Source: the human T2T-CHM13v2.0 reference genome, Homo sapiens
Assembly (NCBI RefSeq): GCF_009914755.1
Contig: NC_060926.1
Strand: one strand, 5' to 3'
DNA: 64,000 nucleotides
Both the position numbers and the translations under genes were made by a program. Position 1 is the stretch's first letter. Each line of letters opens with the position of its first letter. The notes below the pieces were generated by a model. The model was not told where the DNA came from, did no database searches, and saw only the letters and a list, made by a program, of their open reading frames with translations. This document shows, piece by piece, positions 46,203 to 61,465 of the stretch.

Positions 46203-47524
46203 CTGATATGGCTCCAACTAAGAGTATGAATGTGGGGATATTGCAAGTTTTTATTCCAGACTGCTGACCTCCCATACTGTATCCTCTAGAAGAGGGAGGA
46301 TACATATAGACTCTGGTCTATTTCTCTTCTGTTTAATTTCCATCTCGCTTCTGAGGTATCTATGGAGCCTGTCTTGCTGTTGTCTGTAGATTGACAGTAA
46401 TTACTAACTCAGCATCCAAGCATGTTCTATTTATTAGCTTCCTCAAAGACTTTTTGCTTATTTCCGTGGATTTTTAGATTCTCAGGTTAAAGCTCTAAAA
46501 TTTTGAGGCTAAATATAGTCTTTACATCTAGATGTGGGCTTTGAGAACCAGAACACTGGGAATGGCCAAAATTCTGGTAATCGGATTTCACAGCTGGCTC
46601 CCCTATTTCTAGAGAAAGAGAAATGTTTTTCTGGCAGATACTGTCTGTTAATTCACACATGGTTCCTTAGGGTTAAGTCTCTTAGTAAACTGTAGTTAAT
46701 GTCTTACCAGTTATTGTACATCTAAGAAATTTGTTAAAAGTTACTAATTAAAAGACATTAATTAGAAATTACCATAATTTATCTGAAGCTGGGCTGTACC
46801 TATCTCCTTGTCTATTCCAAGTAGCTATTCCTCTTACTTTCCAAGTGTTTACATTAGTTGCAGGTCTTGAGGTCCAAGCAAGAGGAATCAACTTTGGCTA
46901 ACAAAAACAGAAAAGCAATCTATGGAAAGATAATAGTAAGAAGGTAGAGAACCAGGCTTAAAAAGTAACAGCAACAGCTATCTCCAGGAATCAGATAGCA
47001 CTGAGTATACCACATTGTTTCAGGATACTGTTCCAACCATTCTCCTTTCTTCCACTTAAAGTTCAAAGTCTTGGAGGAGAGAGGCCAAGTAGCCATCTTT
47101 GGTTCCTGGTCCACCCCTGAGCTAGGGAAAGACAGACAATCTTGTTTTATGGGTCCAGGATTGCACACATTGGAGTCAGTAATTTTCCAAAAGACACCAA
47201 GAAAATAGAGACTAGGGTAGCAAAAAATAACATACATCCCCTATAGTGAACAGTGAAAACATATCTTCTTCTTTGAATAGCTCTTGCTATTTGGTGCCAC
47301 AGAGAATTCCACCACACAGAGAGCAGACTCAGTAGGTCTGGGATGGGGTTTGGGAATTTGTTTTTTAAAGGCTCTCCAGCTGGGGGTAATAAATAATCAA
47401 CCAGGGTAACAAAGAATAAAAATTTTTATGCATAAAAAATTCTGAAGCAGAATTATTAAACTCTAAAATTATATTCTTGACTATTTGTATTAGAAAATAA
47501 TTAAGAATTATAACATTTTAATTC

Positions 47525-48152
<628 letters not shown>

Positions 48153-48161
48153 TGATTGTTT

Positions 48162-48558
48162 ACTATGATGGTCTGAATTGTGTCCCCTACTCCTCCACCA
48201 AGTTCATATGTTAAAGTCCTAACCCAGTACCTCAGAATGTGACTCTATTTGAGATAGGGCCTTTAAAGAGGTAATTAAGATCAAATGAGGTCATTGGGGG
48301 TAGGCCCTAATTTAATATGACTGGTGTCTTGATAAGAACAGGAGATTAGGATAAACACAGGCAGAGAGGAAAGACCATGTAAAGGCAGGAAGAAAATGGC
48401 CCTCTCTAAGCCAAAGAGAAAATCCTCAGAAGAAAATAACACTGCCACTACCTTGATCTTGGCTTTCTAGCCTGCAGAAGTGTGACAAAATGAATTTCTG
48501 TTATTTAAGCTACCGAGTCTCTGGTACTTTGTTATAGCAGCCCTAGCAAACTAATGCA
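48162..48558 (+). mobile_element. MaLR solo LTR (MLT1B-like)
   Basis: ctgaattgtgtcccc...cagaatgtgact...tttgttatagcagccctagcaaactaatgca. Confidence 0.85.
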
Positions 48559-48678
48559 GTTACAAACTGGTATAGCACATTCAAAAATGTATTGTCATCA
48601 CAACTGTCATGGAGAAATTAACAATAGCTCCTGTATTTTTCTAGGATTGCCCAGTCACTCTAAAACAATCCAGAAGAT

Positions 48679-48971
48679 GGCTGGGCATGGTGGCTTACGC
48701 CTGTAATCCTAGCACTCTGGGAGGCGGAGGTGGGTGAATTACCTGAGGTCAGGAGTTCCAGACCAGTCTGGCCAACATGGCAAAACCCTGTATCTACTAA
48801 AAATACAAAAAAAAAATTAGCCCGCATGGTGGTGTGTGCTTGTAATCCCAGCTACTCGGGAGGCTGAGGCAAGAGAATTGCTTGAACCCAGGAGGCGGAG
48901 GTCACAGTGAGCCAAGATCGTGCCGCTGCACTCCAGCCTGGGTGACAGAGCAGGACTCCATCTCATTAAAA

Positions 48972-49014
<43 letters not shown>

Positions 49015-49015
49015 A
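48679..49015 (+). mobile_element. AluS with (TAAA)n tail
   Basis: Full dimer, about 11 TAAA units; degenerate 17-bp TSD at 48662-48678 and 49013-49029. Confidence 0.92.
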
Positions 49016-50809
49016 ATGATTCAGAAGATACTATATTTTTCCAAGCACTGTTCTAACAAACCCCATAACACTACATAAGATACAATCCTTTCTCTTTCTT
49101 CACATCTCATCTTAAAGAGGGGCAGAAGAGGGTGTATAACACTGCACTTACCTGGTCAGTAGTCAGACCAGTAGTCACCTGCTAAATCTGGTCACTGTTG
49201 GGACTCCACAGATCTCACTGGCCTCTTGGGGATTATTTGTGATATCTCTCCCACTGGCATCTATGGTCTTGGCCATTTGTTCTGGACCTGAAGCTCTCTG
49301 TTGGTTCAGCAGTCTTCACTGCCTCTCCGTACCTTTATCAAGATGTGGAGGGTTTTCTGGATTTCTGACATGAATATTCAAGCTTCCATATCTACTTGCT
49401 TTCTGCCTCCACCTCCAGTATTTTGCTCTTTCCTACACTGAAAGTGGTTGGGTGCAGGCCTTCTCCTAGGCTTGCAGTGAGAGATGCATACCAACAGTGC
49501 TGAGGTAATCAAGTGCCAATATATTTATTAGGATATTTCTAAAGCCCCTGTGTGCTTTCACATTGGGCACTGGAGGCATGAAAGGGATCAACGGTCTTGA
49601 TGTTTCCTCTACTCACTGCCTCTGCTCCCTTCTACTCTGCCTTATTCACTTCCTATTAACTGGGCTGAGGATGAATTTGTTTGCTCAGTCTTCCTAAATT
49701 GATAGGATCTTCCTTATATAAAAAACATTATGACTAAGATTACCAATCTTGGCTCACTAAAGGAAGCAATAAAAGAGTCTCCAAAATCCTTCTGCTCTCT
49801 TTTTCTCTAAAACAAGTTGCTGCATTTCAGATAGCAAGAGCTGAATATTAACACTGTTTTTTTTTCCTCTTTACATTCCTGTTTTAACAATGCTAAATCT
49901 TCCCTAGGCACATTTTTTGGTAGAATAGAAGCAAGATTAGCATAAGAAAATGTAAAACAGAAAACTTCATTAATATTTTAGAAAATTTCATGTTATTACT
50001 ACCTCTCAAGAACTGCTATAGAGTGATTCCTATCTCATACTAATGGATATAATTATGTTTAACATAAATTCAGTACATTGTGGATCAGTTTGGTAAACCC
50101 CCTTTGCTCAGAATGCTTCTTTAATATAGTTCTATCCCTTTAGAAAGCTCAGTGTCCCCCCTACCAGATAAAGGAACTAAATCAGTAGAAACTCTTTGAG
50201 CAAAGCAGTCGGTATGCTCTCTACCTGCTCTCTCCAATCACATCTGAGAGCTGAAAGAGAAATCTCACTCAAATTCTCAGTGCCATAGTTTGTTCCCCTA
50301 AGCACAGCTTAAATTGGTTAAAAAGCAGCTGAAAGAGAGAGGACCCAGTCTGGCGACGTGATCAAATACCTATTATTTCTATTTTGAGGAGCATGTCACT
50401 TCAGATTTTCACCACGATGGAGCTGCATTAATTTTACCCATTTATGTGTGGTGTTCAAATGAGAACTCACATCACCTGGGGGTAAAACTTTCTTTATGAA
50501 CTCCAAACTACATTGCTCTCCTGAGCCTAAAGCAAATCAAATTGTTTTTCACAGGATAGGGCTAGGGGAAGTCAGTCAGTGTGTTCAACAGCAACACCGA
50601 ATCACCTTCTCCCTTCTCTTGGCTGCCTACTGAAAGTCATTTGGCTACTTATTATTGTTCTCAATTTATCTCAATTCAAAATATTGATTATCTACTAGTC
50701 AATTAGCATGGGGATGAGCATTGTGTGGAATATTAAGTAAGTACCTGGATCGTATAAACTTGTTGGGTCAACTTGACACTTGAATGGAAAAAAAAATAAG
50801 GCAAAATAA

Positions 50810-51920
50810 AAATTTAGTCAAAATATATAGTAAACCTAAAGAAATGAAAGCATATATTCATACAAAGATTTGTTTACAGATGTTAATATCAGCTTTATTT
50901 GTAATAACTCTGAATCTGAAATAACCCATATTAGTTTTCTCTTTCTGTGTAACACATGAACCCAAAATTTAGTGACAAAACAGCAAACATTTATTATCTC
51001 ATAATTTCTGTGGATTAGGAATCCTGGAACAGCTTAGTCAGGTGGTTCTGGCTCTGGGTTTCCCATAAAGTTGCAGTCAAGCTGTCAAGGGCCTGTGGTC
51101 ATCTGATGTCTGGACTGATGTTAGAAGATCTGCTTTCAACTTGGCTCACTCACATGACTGCTAACAGAAGACCTCGGTTTCTCACTACATGGCCTTCTAC
51201 ATGAGGCTATTTGAGGTTCCTCACAGCATGGCAGTGGGCCTCCTCCAGAGTGGATGACCCAAAAGAGCAGGGAGGAAATCCAAAATCTTTATATGACTTA
51301 GCTTCACAAGTTGTATATCATCATTTCTACTTTATTCCATTCATTAGGAATGAGTTGCTAAGCCAGTCCATACTGGAAAGGAGAGGGAAATTAGCCTCCA
51401 TTTCCTAAGTGTCAAAGTAGTATCAAAATAATATTCTTGGACATATTTTGAAACAGCCACACAACCTAAATGTCCATCAATAGGAGAATCCATAAAGAAA
51501 TTGCTTGCATGTTCATACAATGGAATACTATTCATCAATAAAAAGGAATAAAGTTTTGATACATGCAATAACATGGATGATTCTCAAAATAATTATGAGA
51601 AGTGAAAGAAGTCAGACAAAAAAGAAGACATACTGTAGGATTTTGTTTATATAAAATTATATAGCCACACATTAAACTGTACATATAGAACCCAGATCAG
51701 TGGTTGCTTGGGACTGGGGCTGGGCGATAGAGTGATAAAGGAAGGGAGGGAGAAAGGGATTTCAAAGAGCCATAAGGAAACTTTTAGGGTTGATGGATAT
51801 ATTCATTACCTTGATTGTGGTGACTATTTCAGAGGTGCGTAAGTACATCAAAACTCATCACATTATATGTTTTAAGTATACACAGTTTATTATATGTTGC
51901 TTATACCTCAATAAAGCTGA
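50810..51920 (+). mobile_element. Old L1M 3' end, split by an LTR
   Basis: aaagaaatgaaagcatatattcatacaaag...|caacctaaatgtccatcaa...ttatacctcaataaagctg. Confidence 0.8.
50927..51461 (-). mobile_element. MaLR solo LTR (MLT1F-like) nested in L1M
   Basis: tattagttttct...acatttattatctcataatttctgtgg...acatattttgaaacagccaca; probable TSD taacc/caacc. Confidence 0.78.
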
Positions 51921-52710
51921 ACAAATTATGGTGAAGACAAGAAAATTTTTCATTTCATATGCCAATTATATTTTCCAGAACCTTAGTTTTTAGCTCTGTC
52001 TCTTTAGTCACCAAATATAATTAATAAGTCTATGCCTTTTATCTATCATAGGATAGTTTTCAGCATTGAAGGAACTTATTAACCTCTTTTAACATAGGTG
52101 AATAATTTCGGGACTCTGAGTTTTTATTTGGTTAATCAACACAGTTCAGGTTGTTGTCATATTGTCTTTTAAAAATATCCCCTGAAATATTTTAAATATA
52201 TAAAGCCAAAAATATCTATTTTGTTTTGTGGGTTTGTCCAAAATCAAACTAACTTCTTCCTCCACAAATATGCTCCCTTATCTCAGTTTATTTAGTCACC
52301 ATTCACCCAGCATCATGACCTAGAAATATCTACTATTTCTACTTCATTCACATCTTCTTCAACCCATCCCTCATAATTTATTTTTTAATTTAACAAACAT
52401 TCATTGAGCAACTGCCACACACCAGACACTGTACTTGTTAGGTGTACAATGTGAGCAAATGCACCTGATTTTACCCCGATGCAGCTTACATTTAAATGTA
52501 GGATATAATCTCTAACTCTGGTCAATTGCATACCAGCAGCATCTCTTACATCCCTCGGTCCTCCATCCCTACTGCTACTGATTCAGTTTAAACATGAATT
52601 GTCTCTTGGCTAAAGTAATTTACTAACTGGTCTCTTTTTAAAAAAATCTCCTCAGACTAGTTTGTTCTCCATATTGTTGCCAAAGTCTGCTTTCTAAAAC
52701 ATTGATTTGA

Positions 52711-53056
<346 letters not shown>

Positions 53057-53407
53057 CTCTGATTCAAATTATTTTTGATGGATTCATATTTACCAGCTGA
53101 ATGAAGTCCAAACTCCTTCATGACTTGACCATGACCTGCTGACTCAGCCTCAGACTCACCAATTCAGCTCCCTTGTTCATTCTAGCAGTGCTGCTCCGCT
53201 CAAAGTTCCCCATCATGCTGTGTGTGCTTGCACACTTTGCTTTTGCTTGGAAATGTCCTCTGACTTCTCCTGAGCCCAGTAAATTCTGTTTCTTCAATAC
53301 ACTATTCACATAAACCTTTTTTCTAAAGAACACCTATTCATAAGCAAAATTCATTAGTTTTTCAAACTTGTGTGTATTCTTGTAGTTTAGCACGTATCAA
53401 GGTATGG

Positions 53408-53972
53408 TGTAGCTCACAACTGAGGAAGAAAAAACAACTTCACTCCCAAGCAAGCCATGGTTATCCTGCTGAACATAGCTGAACATACATTTTATAGAAA
53501 AACAAAATCATATGATGTTACTGTGTGCATAAACCACATAATGGATCAAAACAAAAACAGGAACCTTCTATAATTAACATCAGAGCCCAGAAAAAAACAA
53601 GAACATAGTGCTAACCATAATAGTGGCCACATACGCCCCGTTCCCAGCTAATAGCTCCTGCTGCCTTACAAATTGCAAGTTTAACCCCGTTTTATTCTTT
53701 CCTCCTCCTCAATAAAATTTAAGATAGCCAATCACAGAATTGCTCCCACTTTCTGACAGCACCTGATATGGACAAAAACCACTGTTTCCTTAAACCTTCT
53801 CTTAAATTACCTAATGCAAACCCAAACTCAAACCCTACAACAAGTCCTCGCTATAACCCTCTGAGACTCCTCTTTGTTCCTCATGGCCTGGAGTCTCCCT
53901 TGTTGCAGCAAATAATAAACCCAACTTTGAATACAGGTATATTTCTGGTGGCTTGGCTGGTGGGCATCAACA
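53408..53972 (+). mobile_element. ERV1-type solo LTR (MER90-like, tentative)
   Basis: CCAAT box (agccaatcacag), aataaacccaacttt and 3' end tggtggcttggctggtgggcatcaaca. Confidence 0.6.
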
Positions 53973-54737
53973 TATTCACATATTTGATTTTTCTACCTGA
54001 ATATGAAGACTTTACTTTGACATCTGGGACTTTTTTTTTTTGTATTCCCTATACCAAATGTAGTGTCTGACCATAATGAGTACTGTTTACAGGATATGTT
54101 AATACATGTGTATTTTATGATAAAAGGAATACAGTTCAACAAATAGATGAAACTGAATCTAATAAAACATGTTACTTTTCATCAAAATGCTCTGCTATTT
54201 GGCTTCTGATTGAGTTTTGCTTTTGCATGTGAGAGTGCTCACCTATGGTTTTGATGCTACTGTCTTTGGCCAGTTCCCACCATCCGCAGAGCTCATGTCT
54301 TCATTTTGAAGTTATGAGGGCTTGTATTGTACCTCCCAGTTTCCTAGAATCCTTAACATTCACAGCGTGGATAGCTATGTACAGCCCACCAGGTGTGTGG
54401 ATGCTGTGATCCAAACTATACATTACTGGAAATAAGCCACATAGGAAAGCAGATTAGGACAGTTTAAAGAGTGGAGAAAGAGAAGCTATGAAAAGCTAGA
54501 AAGAAAATTGATTTCTGACTACAGCTAGATATCATACTTGTTTTGACTTCATGGGTGATTCAAGGTATAGTATAGTATGGTTGCCCTCTCTCTCCAGGAA
54601 TTATTTCTATCTGTAGATTTCCAGAGGCTTCTCAGCATTAATATTATGAATCTTCCTGTTTTGTGCTTTAGTAACCTACTATTTGAGATAGAATAACAAA
54701 TGCTAGATCTATTCAAGGCACTTATCTCATTTTTTTC

Positions 54738-54965
54738 CAGTATAGCAGAGTAGTTAAGAATTTAGGTTTTTAACTCAGAAGGACATGGAATAGAATCCAG
54801 TATCACCAACTTTCTGTCACTTGACCTTTCTGAAGCTCAATTTTCTCATTTGTAAAGTAGGGATATCAATAGTAAATACCCTATAGAGTTGCAGTGAAGT
54901 GAAATGAGATAGTATATAAAAACTTTCCTTGGCACAAAAGTTGCTAAAATGAATTATAGCTATAA
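54738..54965 (+). mobile_element. MIR
   Basis: cagtatagcagagtagttaag...ctcaattttctcatttgtaaagtagggata. Confidence 0.7.
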
Positions 54966-55809
54966 TTAGCTACTTTTCATTTATATAGAAATTGCATTTA
55001 TAAATACAGGGTAGAATACTATGCAATGTTACATTATATAATACACTATTATTTTACATATTATGATGGTATATAATATTCCATATATATTATATAATAT
55101 AAACTAAAATAGAATAGTTTATGTGATAAGATTTAGTCAAACTCATTATTTCAGTAATAAAAACTTTGCAAAACTGGTTTGTGTATTATGTCTTGTCTGA
55201 AATAAACTTCTAGCCTAGGAAAACAAAATAAACTCTTTATAATATCTATCACTGTTGGAGTTTTAGTGATTGGACTGGATGACTTTCAAGGTTCTCTGTT
55301 GTCAGAAAGAGAATAGCGAATTTGATAAACATCAGGACAGACTAAACCAAGTGGGAAAAGAAGCAGAAACTAGGCTGGCCCTGGGGAGGGATCATAGTCA
55401 GCAGAGTATGGCAAAAGAAAGTTCAGTCAAACTGGATGTGTTGGCAAAAATAGTGAAAATTGGTTCTTCTAAGCAGATAGCTAACAGCTGGGAAATCAAA
55501 AGGGAGTTGGAGCACAGCAGAGAAACTGGGTGAAATATGTAAATAAGATATATTGCTAATATTATTAGCTAAATTAATGAATTCTCTTTATGTGCCAAGG
55601 TCTGTTCTGAATTGTACTTGTTAGCTCATTTAAGCCTTATAATATCCCAGTATGATGGATACTATTATTATCACCATTTCACAAATGAAATGGAGCTCAG
55701 TTGGATCACCTAGAACAGAATTTGGTTCCAAACAAAGGCATTATTTGTCAGGTGCCTTTGTGTTGCAGTTTGTTTTGGTGTATTTTAAATCTCTGACATT
55801 GTATTGTTC

Positions 55810-56775
55810 ATATCTGGATGACCAGTCTGGATCATTTTTACATATTTTATGTCTCTCCTTATCATGCTCATGTTTCGCTCCACATTTGTGAACATATGGA
55901 ATAATTTATAATAACTTCTTACATGTTTATGTTTACTAGTTCCATCATCTGTTTCTATTTTGATTGATTTTTCTACTTACTAAGGGTCTTATTTTTCCTG
56001 CTTCTTTGAAGGCCTGATAATTTTTTATTACACACCAGATATTGATAATTTTACTTTGTCTGCTACTGTATATTCATGTATTTAAAACAATATTCTGGAG
56101 CTTTATTCTAGGACATAGTTAAATTACTTTATAACAGTTTAACAAAACAGATTTTTGTTAGGTGGGACCAGATTAGCCTTTAGGGCTAATTTTGCCCACT
56201 AGTGAGTCAATAACCTTCAGAGTGCTCCACCTAATGCCCCATATATAATGCCATTTTTCTACTCTGACAAAGGGAAACAGTAACTATTACTAGCCTTGTG
56301 GGACCTCCAGGGATTGTTCTATCTGCCCCTTTCAGATGGTTCTTTCCATGGCCTAGGGTTGTTTTCTCATATACATGCAATGATCAGGACTCAGGTGAAG
56401 AGATGCTGAGGGAAAGGGGACCTCTGAAGATCTCCAGAACTCTCTAGACCAGAAGTTCTCTCCTCTCTGATTCCTTGCCCAAATTCTAGTTTCCTTGGCC
56501 TCTGCAAACCCTTAATTCTACCTTTCCAACTCAGGAGACTGTGGGGTTCTGTCTGGGTTCATTCTCTTTGCACTGTATCCTAGAAACTGTCTCCAGGCAG
56601 TTTCCAGAGTTCACCTCATTAGTTTTCTTTTTCAGGAATCAGTGTCCTGTGATGCCTGCTGTCCGAAATCTGAAAATCACCGTTTTTTACATATTTTTCC
56701 TATTATTTAGTTGTTTGTGGCAGGAGGGCAATTCTAGTCTCTGTTGCTCCACCTTGGTTGAAAGTAGAAGTCTCT
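55810..56775 (-). mobile_element. Old L1M fragment
   Basis: Reverse L1MC/ME-like motifs (tttttcctgcttctttg...ataattttttatt, tagggctaattttgcccactagtgag). Confidence 0.6.
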
Positions 56776-57013
56776 GAATGTCTTTTTACTAAGTTACTAA
56801 TGCTACGGCCTGAGTAAGCACATGATTTGTATCCTGAAACACAAGACACATAGTTTAATTAGGTGTCTCAAGACAACATAAATTCCACCTGGACTCAGCC
56901 TACACCTCATTTTAAGGTTTATTGCCTGCCATATCCCATTTTCGTATACTTATTTATCTGTTAGCCATGGCTCTTTCAGTTGAAATCTTAAAAATTCTAC
57001 TCAAACTATTTAA

Positions 57014-57320
<307 letters not shown>

Positions 57321-59649
57321 TAAGGGAAAATTATTTTTAGCTCATTTAACTAAAAGTTCAGGACTAACAATTTCTGTTAGTCCATTTAATATAAATTGTT
57401 TTATGTGTGGATAAGATTGCGGGGGGGTGGGGGTGGTGTCCCAAGTAACTATGAAGGTTCTATATCATTATTTCTTAAAAATGTACTCTCAAATGGCAGG
57501 AAAGATTGCTGTTGGCACTACAGGACTTACATCCAAGCAGTTAACTTCTTCAAGACATATATCTTATGAGTTTAAACCTCCCCAAAGAAAAGTCCTCAGG
57601 TTAGATCAGGTTGGCCAGGCTTGGATCATATAGCCAGTTTAGAACTAATCACTCTGGCTTGGGGCAAGAGGCTCTCTTATTGACCATGGCTGATTATGTG
57701 CTCTACCTAAATCATATGAAATGGGTTATTTATAGGAAAGTCGGGTACTATTATCAGAAGAAGATGAGTCCCTATGCAAGACAGGGATGCACATATTACA
57801 CTTGGGATATAAAGTAGCAGCTTAATTTCAAGAATAATGCAGAAACTCAGTACCATATTTGATGGAAGTCACAAATGACCTCCATCATCCCAAGTCTAGT
57901 GGTTATCCGATCTGATTGTATTTGACTTTTCAGCAGCTTTTACCATAAACATTCCTTCTTTCTGGAAACATTTTGTTTATATACAAAATAAAGGACTTAC
58001 TTCAACATGAATGTGTCAGCTGAGCTATTAAATGAAGGGCTAAATCTGTCTCTAAATGAAGGACAGATTGGTCAAAGAATATTGGGTTTGCTGAAGTCTA
58101 CTACTATCTGGACTACTAACTGGAGTCAGGTAATCTCATCTATGAAAAGAAGATAATATCAGGGCAGAGGTAATACATTTATACATTTAATATTGAGATT
58201 CTATAATTCTATTATAACGTAATATTAAAATAGTGCTTTCATTAGTGAAATGCTCCTGGTGCATAAACTCCTGGTACAAAAATACGAAATGTTACTATTG
58301 ATTTTCAAATTGTAGAAAGAAATCATTCCTGGTGTTTCTCAATATGAGTTTTCCAACATCGAACTGTAGAGGTTATTAAAAAGCATTTTCAACTTTAAAA
58401 TGAGAAAGAAATCTTGTCATCCTTAAGAAAAAGCACTGGGATAACAACTGTATTCCATGTTATTCAACCAACAGGGCTTTCTCATCAAATCCAGTTCATG
58501 TCTCTAAAAGAGCCAAGCAATTGGTAATAACTGCTTGGTGCATTGTTATAAAGGATTTGAGGTTGTGTTTGAGTTAAGCTGGAAAGACTGCCTTTTCCAC
58601 AGTGACTTTATTTTCTAGTACTAGCTCTTGTGAGTATTAGCATGAGTTATGATCCGAACCAAGAAGGAATAACTACATCTGGCTCTGGTTTTAGTTGGTT
58701 TCTTGGCCTTTGGTAAATCATAATCACCTAAGTTTCTATTTCTACAAAGAAAAAAGGCTTGTAACACATATGCTGCAAAGGTTGACTAACAAGGAAATAA
58801 TATGTTGTTTAGGAATATATATGTATATTATAAGACTTATTTTTTAATCTAGAGGAAAGTAAAATTTAGGGTAGTTTTTATCCTTGGGGAGAGCTGGAGT
58901 CAGGAGGATGACAGAGGGAAGGATCCCACAGTGAGATGCAAAATAATATTAATAATTACTAGTTCTTAGGTTAGGTAGAGGATTCATAAGTATTATTTCT
59001 CCCATAACTTATCATCCTTCATAATATATAACCTTTTGAATATATTAAATATTACCTAATAAAATATAGGATAATAATAAAATAAGTTCCTTTGGAAAAA
59101 TACTCTAGTGCATTGAATAAAGGGCGTTCGGAAGAGCAAAACGATTCAGCTCAATTCTACAACTTCGTGTATCTAAGTTAGAATCTTCTCTAGCTTAACA
59201 CATATTGAAGAGGTTGCACAGAGTAACATGAGAAAGACCTCGGTTGGCACAGCCTAATTTAACTTTCTTGAGGGCACTTTATTAGAAACACAAAATGTAC
59301 CTACAACTGTATCCTCATGCACAGGAATACAGATACTATAAGCACAGAATTCCTACACTTACTGTTTCTGCTTTCTCACCCTTCCATTCTGTCTTCTTGG
59401 ACTTGATTTTCCACTACTCCAATAAGTAGCTTTTATCAATATCACAAATGACTTCCATCTTACCAAGTCCAGTGGTTATTCAATCTTATCTTCTCAGCAG
59501 TTTTTATCATAAATACTCCTTCTTTCTGGAAACACTTTGTTCTCATATTTGTGGGTATTTTTTTTCTATTTCATATGCTGCTATTTCTGAGTATCCTTTG
59601 GTAGCCTGACCTCTCCTCTAATTTTCTTTTTCTGTTTTTAAAAAATATT

Positions 59650-61464
59650 TATTCATTTGTTTATAACTTTTACTTTAGATTCAGCAGGTTCATGTGCATA
59701 CAATATACAAAGTTATATTGCGTGATGCTAAGGTTTGGGGTATGAATGATCTTGTCACCCAGGCACTGAGCACAGTACTGAACAGTTTTTTAATCCTTAA
59801 CCTCCCTCATCCCTCCCCTATATAGTGGTCCCCAGTTTCTATTGTTGCCATTTTTATGTCCGTGTGTACTCAATATTTAACTCTCATTCATAAATGAGAA
59901 CATGCAGTGTTTGGTTTTCTGTTCCTGTGTTAATTTGCTTAGGATAATGATCTCCAGCTGCATTTATGTTGCTGCAAAGGACATGGTTTCATTTTTTATG
60001 GCTATGTAGTACTCTATGGTGTATATGCATCATATTTTCTTTATCTAGGCCACCGTTAATGGGCACCTAGGTTGACTCCATGTCTTTGCTATGGTGAATA
60101 GTCCTGCGATGAACATGTGAGTGCATGTGTCTTTTTGGTAGAACAGTTTGTTTTCTTTTGGATATATAGCCTTAATCAGATTGGGGGTTGGAATGGTAGT
60201 TCTAAGTGGTTTGGGAAATCTCCAAACTGCTTTCCACAGTGGCTGAACTAGCTTACATTCCCACCAACAGTATATAAACATTCTCTTTCCTCCACAGCCT
60301 CAACAGCATCTGTGGTTTTTTGACTTTTCAATAATAGCCATTCTGACTGGTATGAGATGGTATCTCATTGTGGATTTGATTTGCATTTCTCTGATGATCA
60401 GTGATGTGCAGGATTTTTTCATATGTTTGTTGGCCAGTTGCATGTCTTCTTTGAGAAGTGTCTGTTCATGTCATTTGCCCATTTTTAAATGGGGTTATTT
60501 GTTTTTTACTTATTCAATTATTTAAATTTCTGATAGATTCTGGATATCAGACTTTTGTCAGATGCATAGTTTGCAAATATTTTGTCCCATTCTGTTGGTT
60601 GTCTGTTTACTCTGTTGATAGTTTCTTTGGCTGTGCAGACACTCTTTCGTTTTCTTAGATCCCATTTGTCAATTTTTGTTTTTGTTGCAAATGCTTTTGA
60701 GAGCTTAGTCATAAATTCTTTGCAGAGGCCAATGTCCAAATATTTCCTAGGTTTTCTTCTAAGATTCTTATCCTTGAGGTTTTGCATTTTAATCTTTAAT
60801 ATATCTTGAATTGATTTTTATATGGTGAAATAGGGGGATACAGTTACTTTCTTCTGAATATGGCTAGCCAGCTATGCCAGCACCATTTATTGAATAGGGA
60901 GTCCTTTCCCCATTGCTCATTTTTTATTGAATTTGTTGAATTTGAAGGTCTGATGGCTGTAGGTGTGTGGCTTTCTTTCTGGGTTCTCTATTCTGTTCCT
61001 TGGTCTATGTGTCTGTTTTTGTACCAGTACTGTGCTATTTTTGTTATTGCAGTCTGATAGTATAGTTTGAAGTTGGGTAATGTGATGCCTCTGGATTTGT
61101 TCTTTTTGCTTAGGATTGCTTTGGAAATTTGGGCTTTTTTATTTTTTATTTGAGACAGGGTCTTGCTCTATCACCCCTGCCAGAGTGCAGTGGCATGATC
61201 ATAGCTCACTGCAGCCTCAGCCTCCTGGGCTCACTGCAGCCTTGACTTCAGCCTCCCTGTGTAGGTGGGACTACAGGCACATGCCACCATGCCTGGCAAA
61301 TTGTTTCTTTTTTCTTTTTTTGTAGAGATGGGGTTTCACCATGTTGCCCAGGCTGGTCTCAAACTCCTGGCCTCAAGCTATCCACCTGCCTTGGCCTCCC
61401 AAAGTGCTAGGATTATAGGCATGAGTCCCCGTGCCTGACCTGGGCTCTTTTTTGGTTCTATATA
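59650..61464 (-). mobile_element. L1PA16-like LINE-1, 3' (non-inverted) part
   Basis: Reverse L1 3'UTR (aacttttactttagattcagc...) through ORF2 3' region to ...ttttttggttctatat. Confidence 0.88.
61137..61440 (-). mobile_element. AluJ nested in L1
   Basis: Reverse dimer; TSD tgggct at 61130-61135 and 61441-61446. Confidence 0.88.
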
Positions 61465-61465
61465 G

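Noticed and set aside
53137-53149. Near-palindromic MARE (tgctgactcagcc)
   Set aside because: Imperfect single motif inside an L2 remnant with no supporting context.
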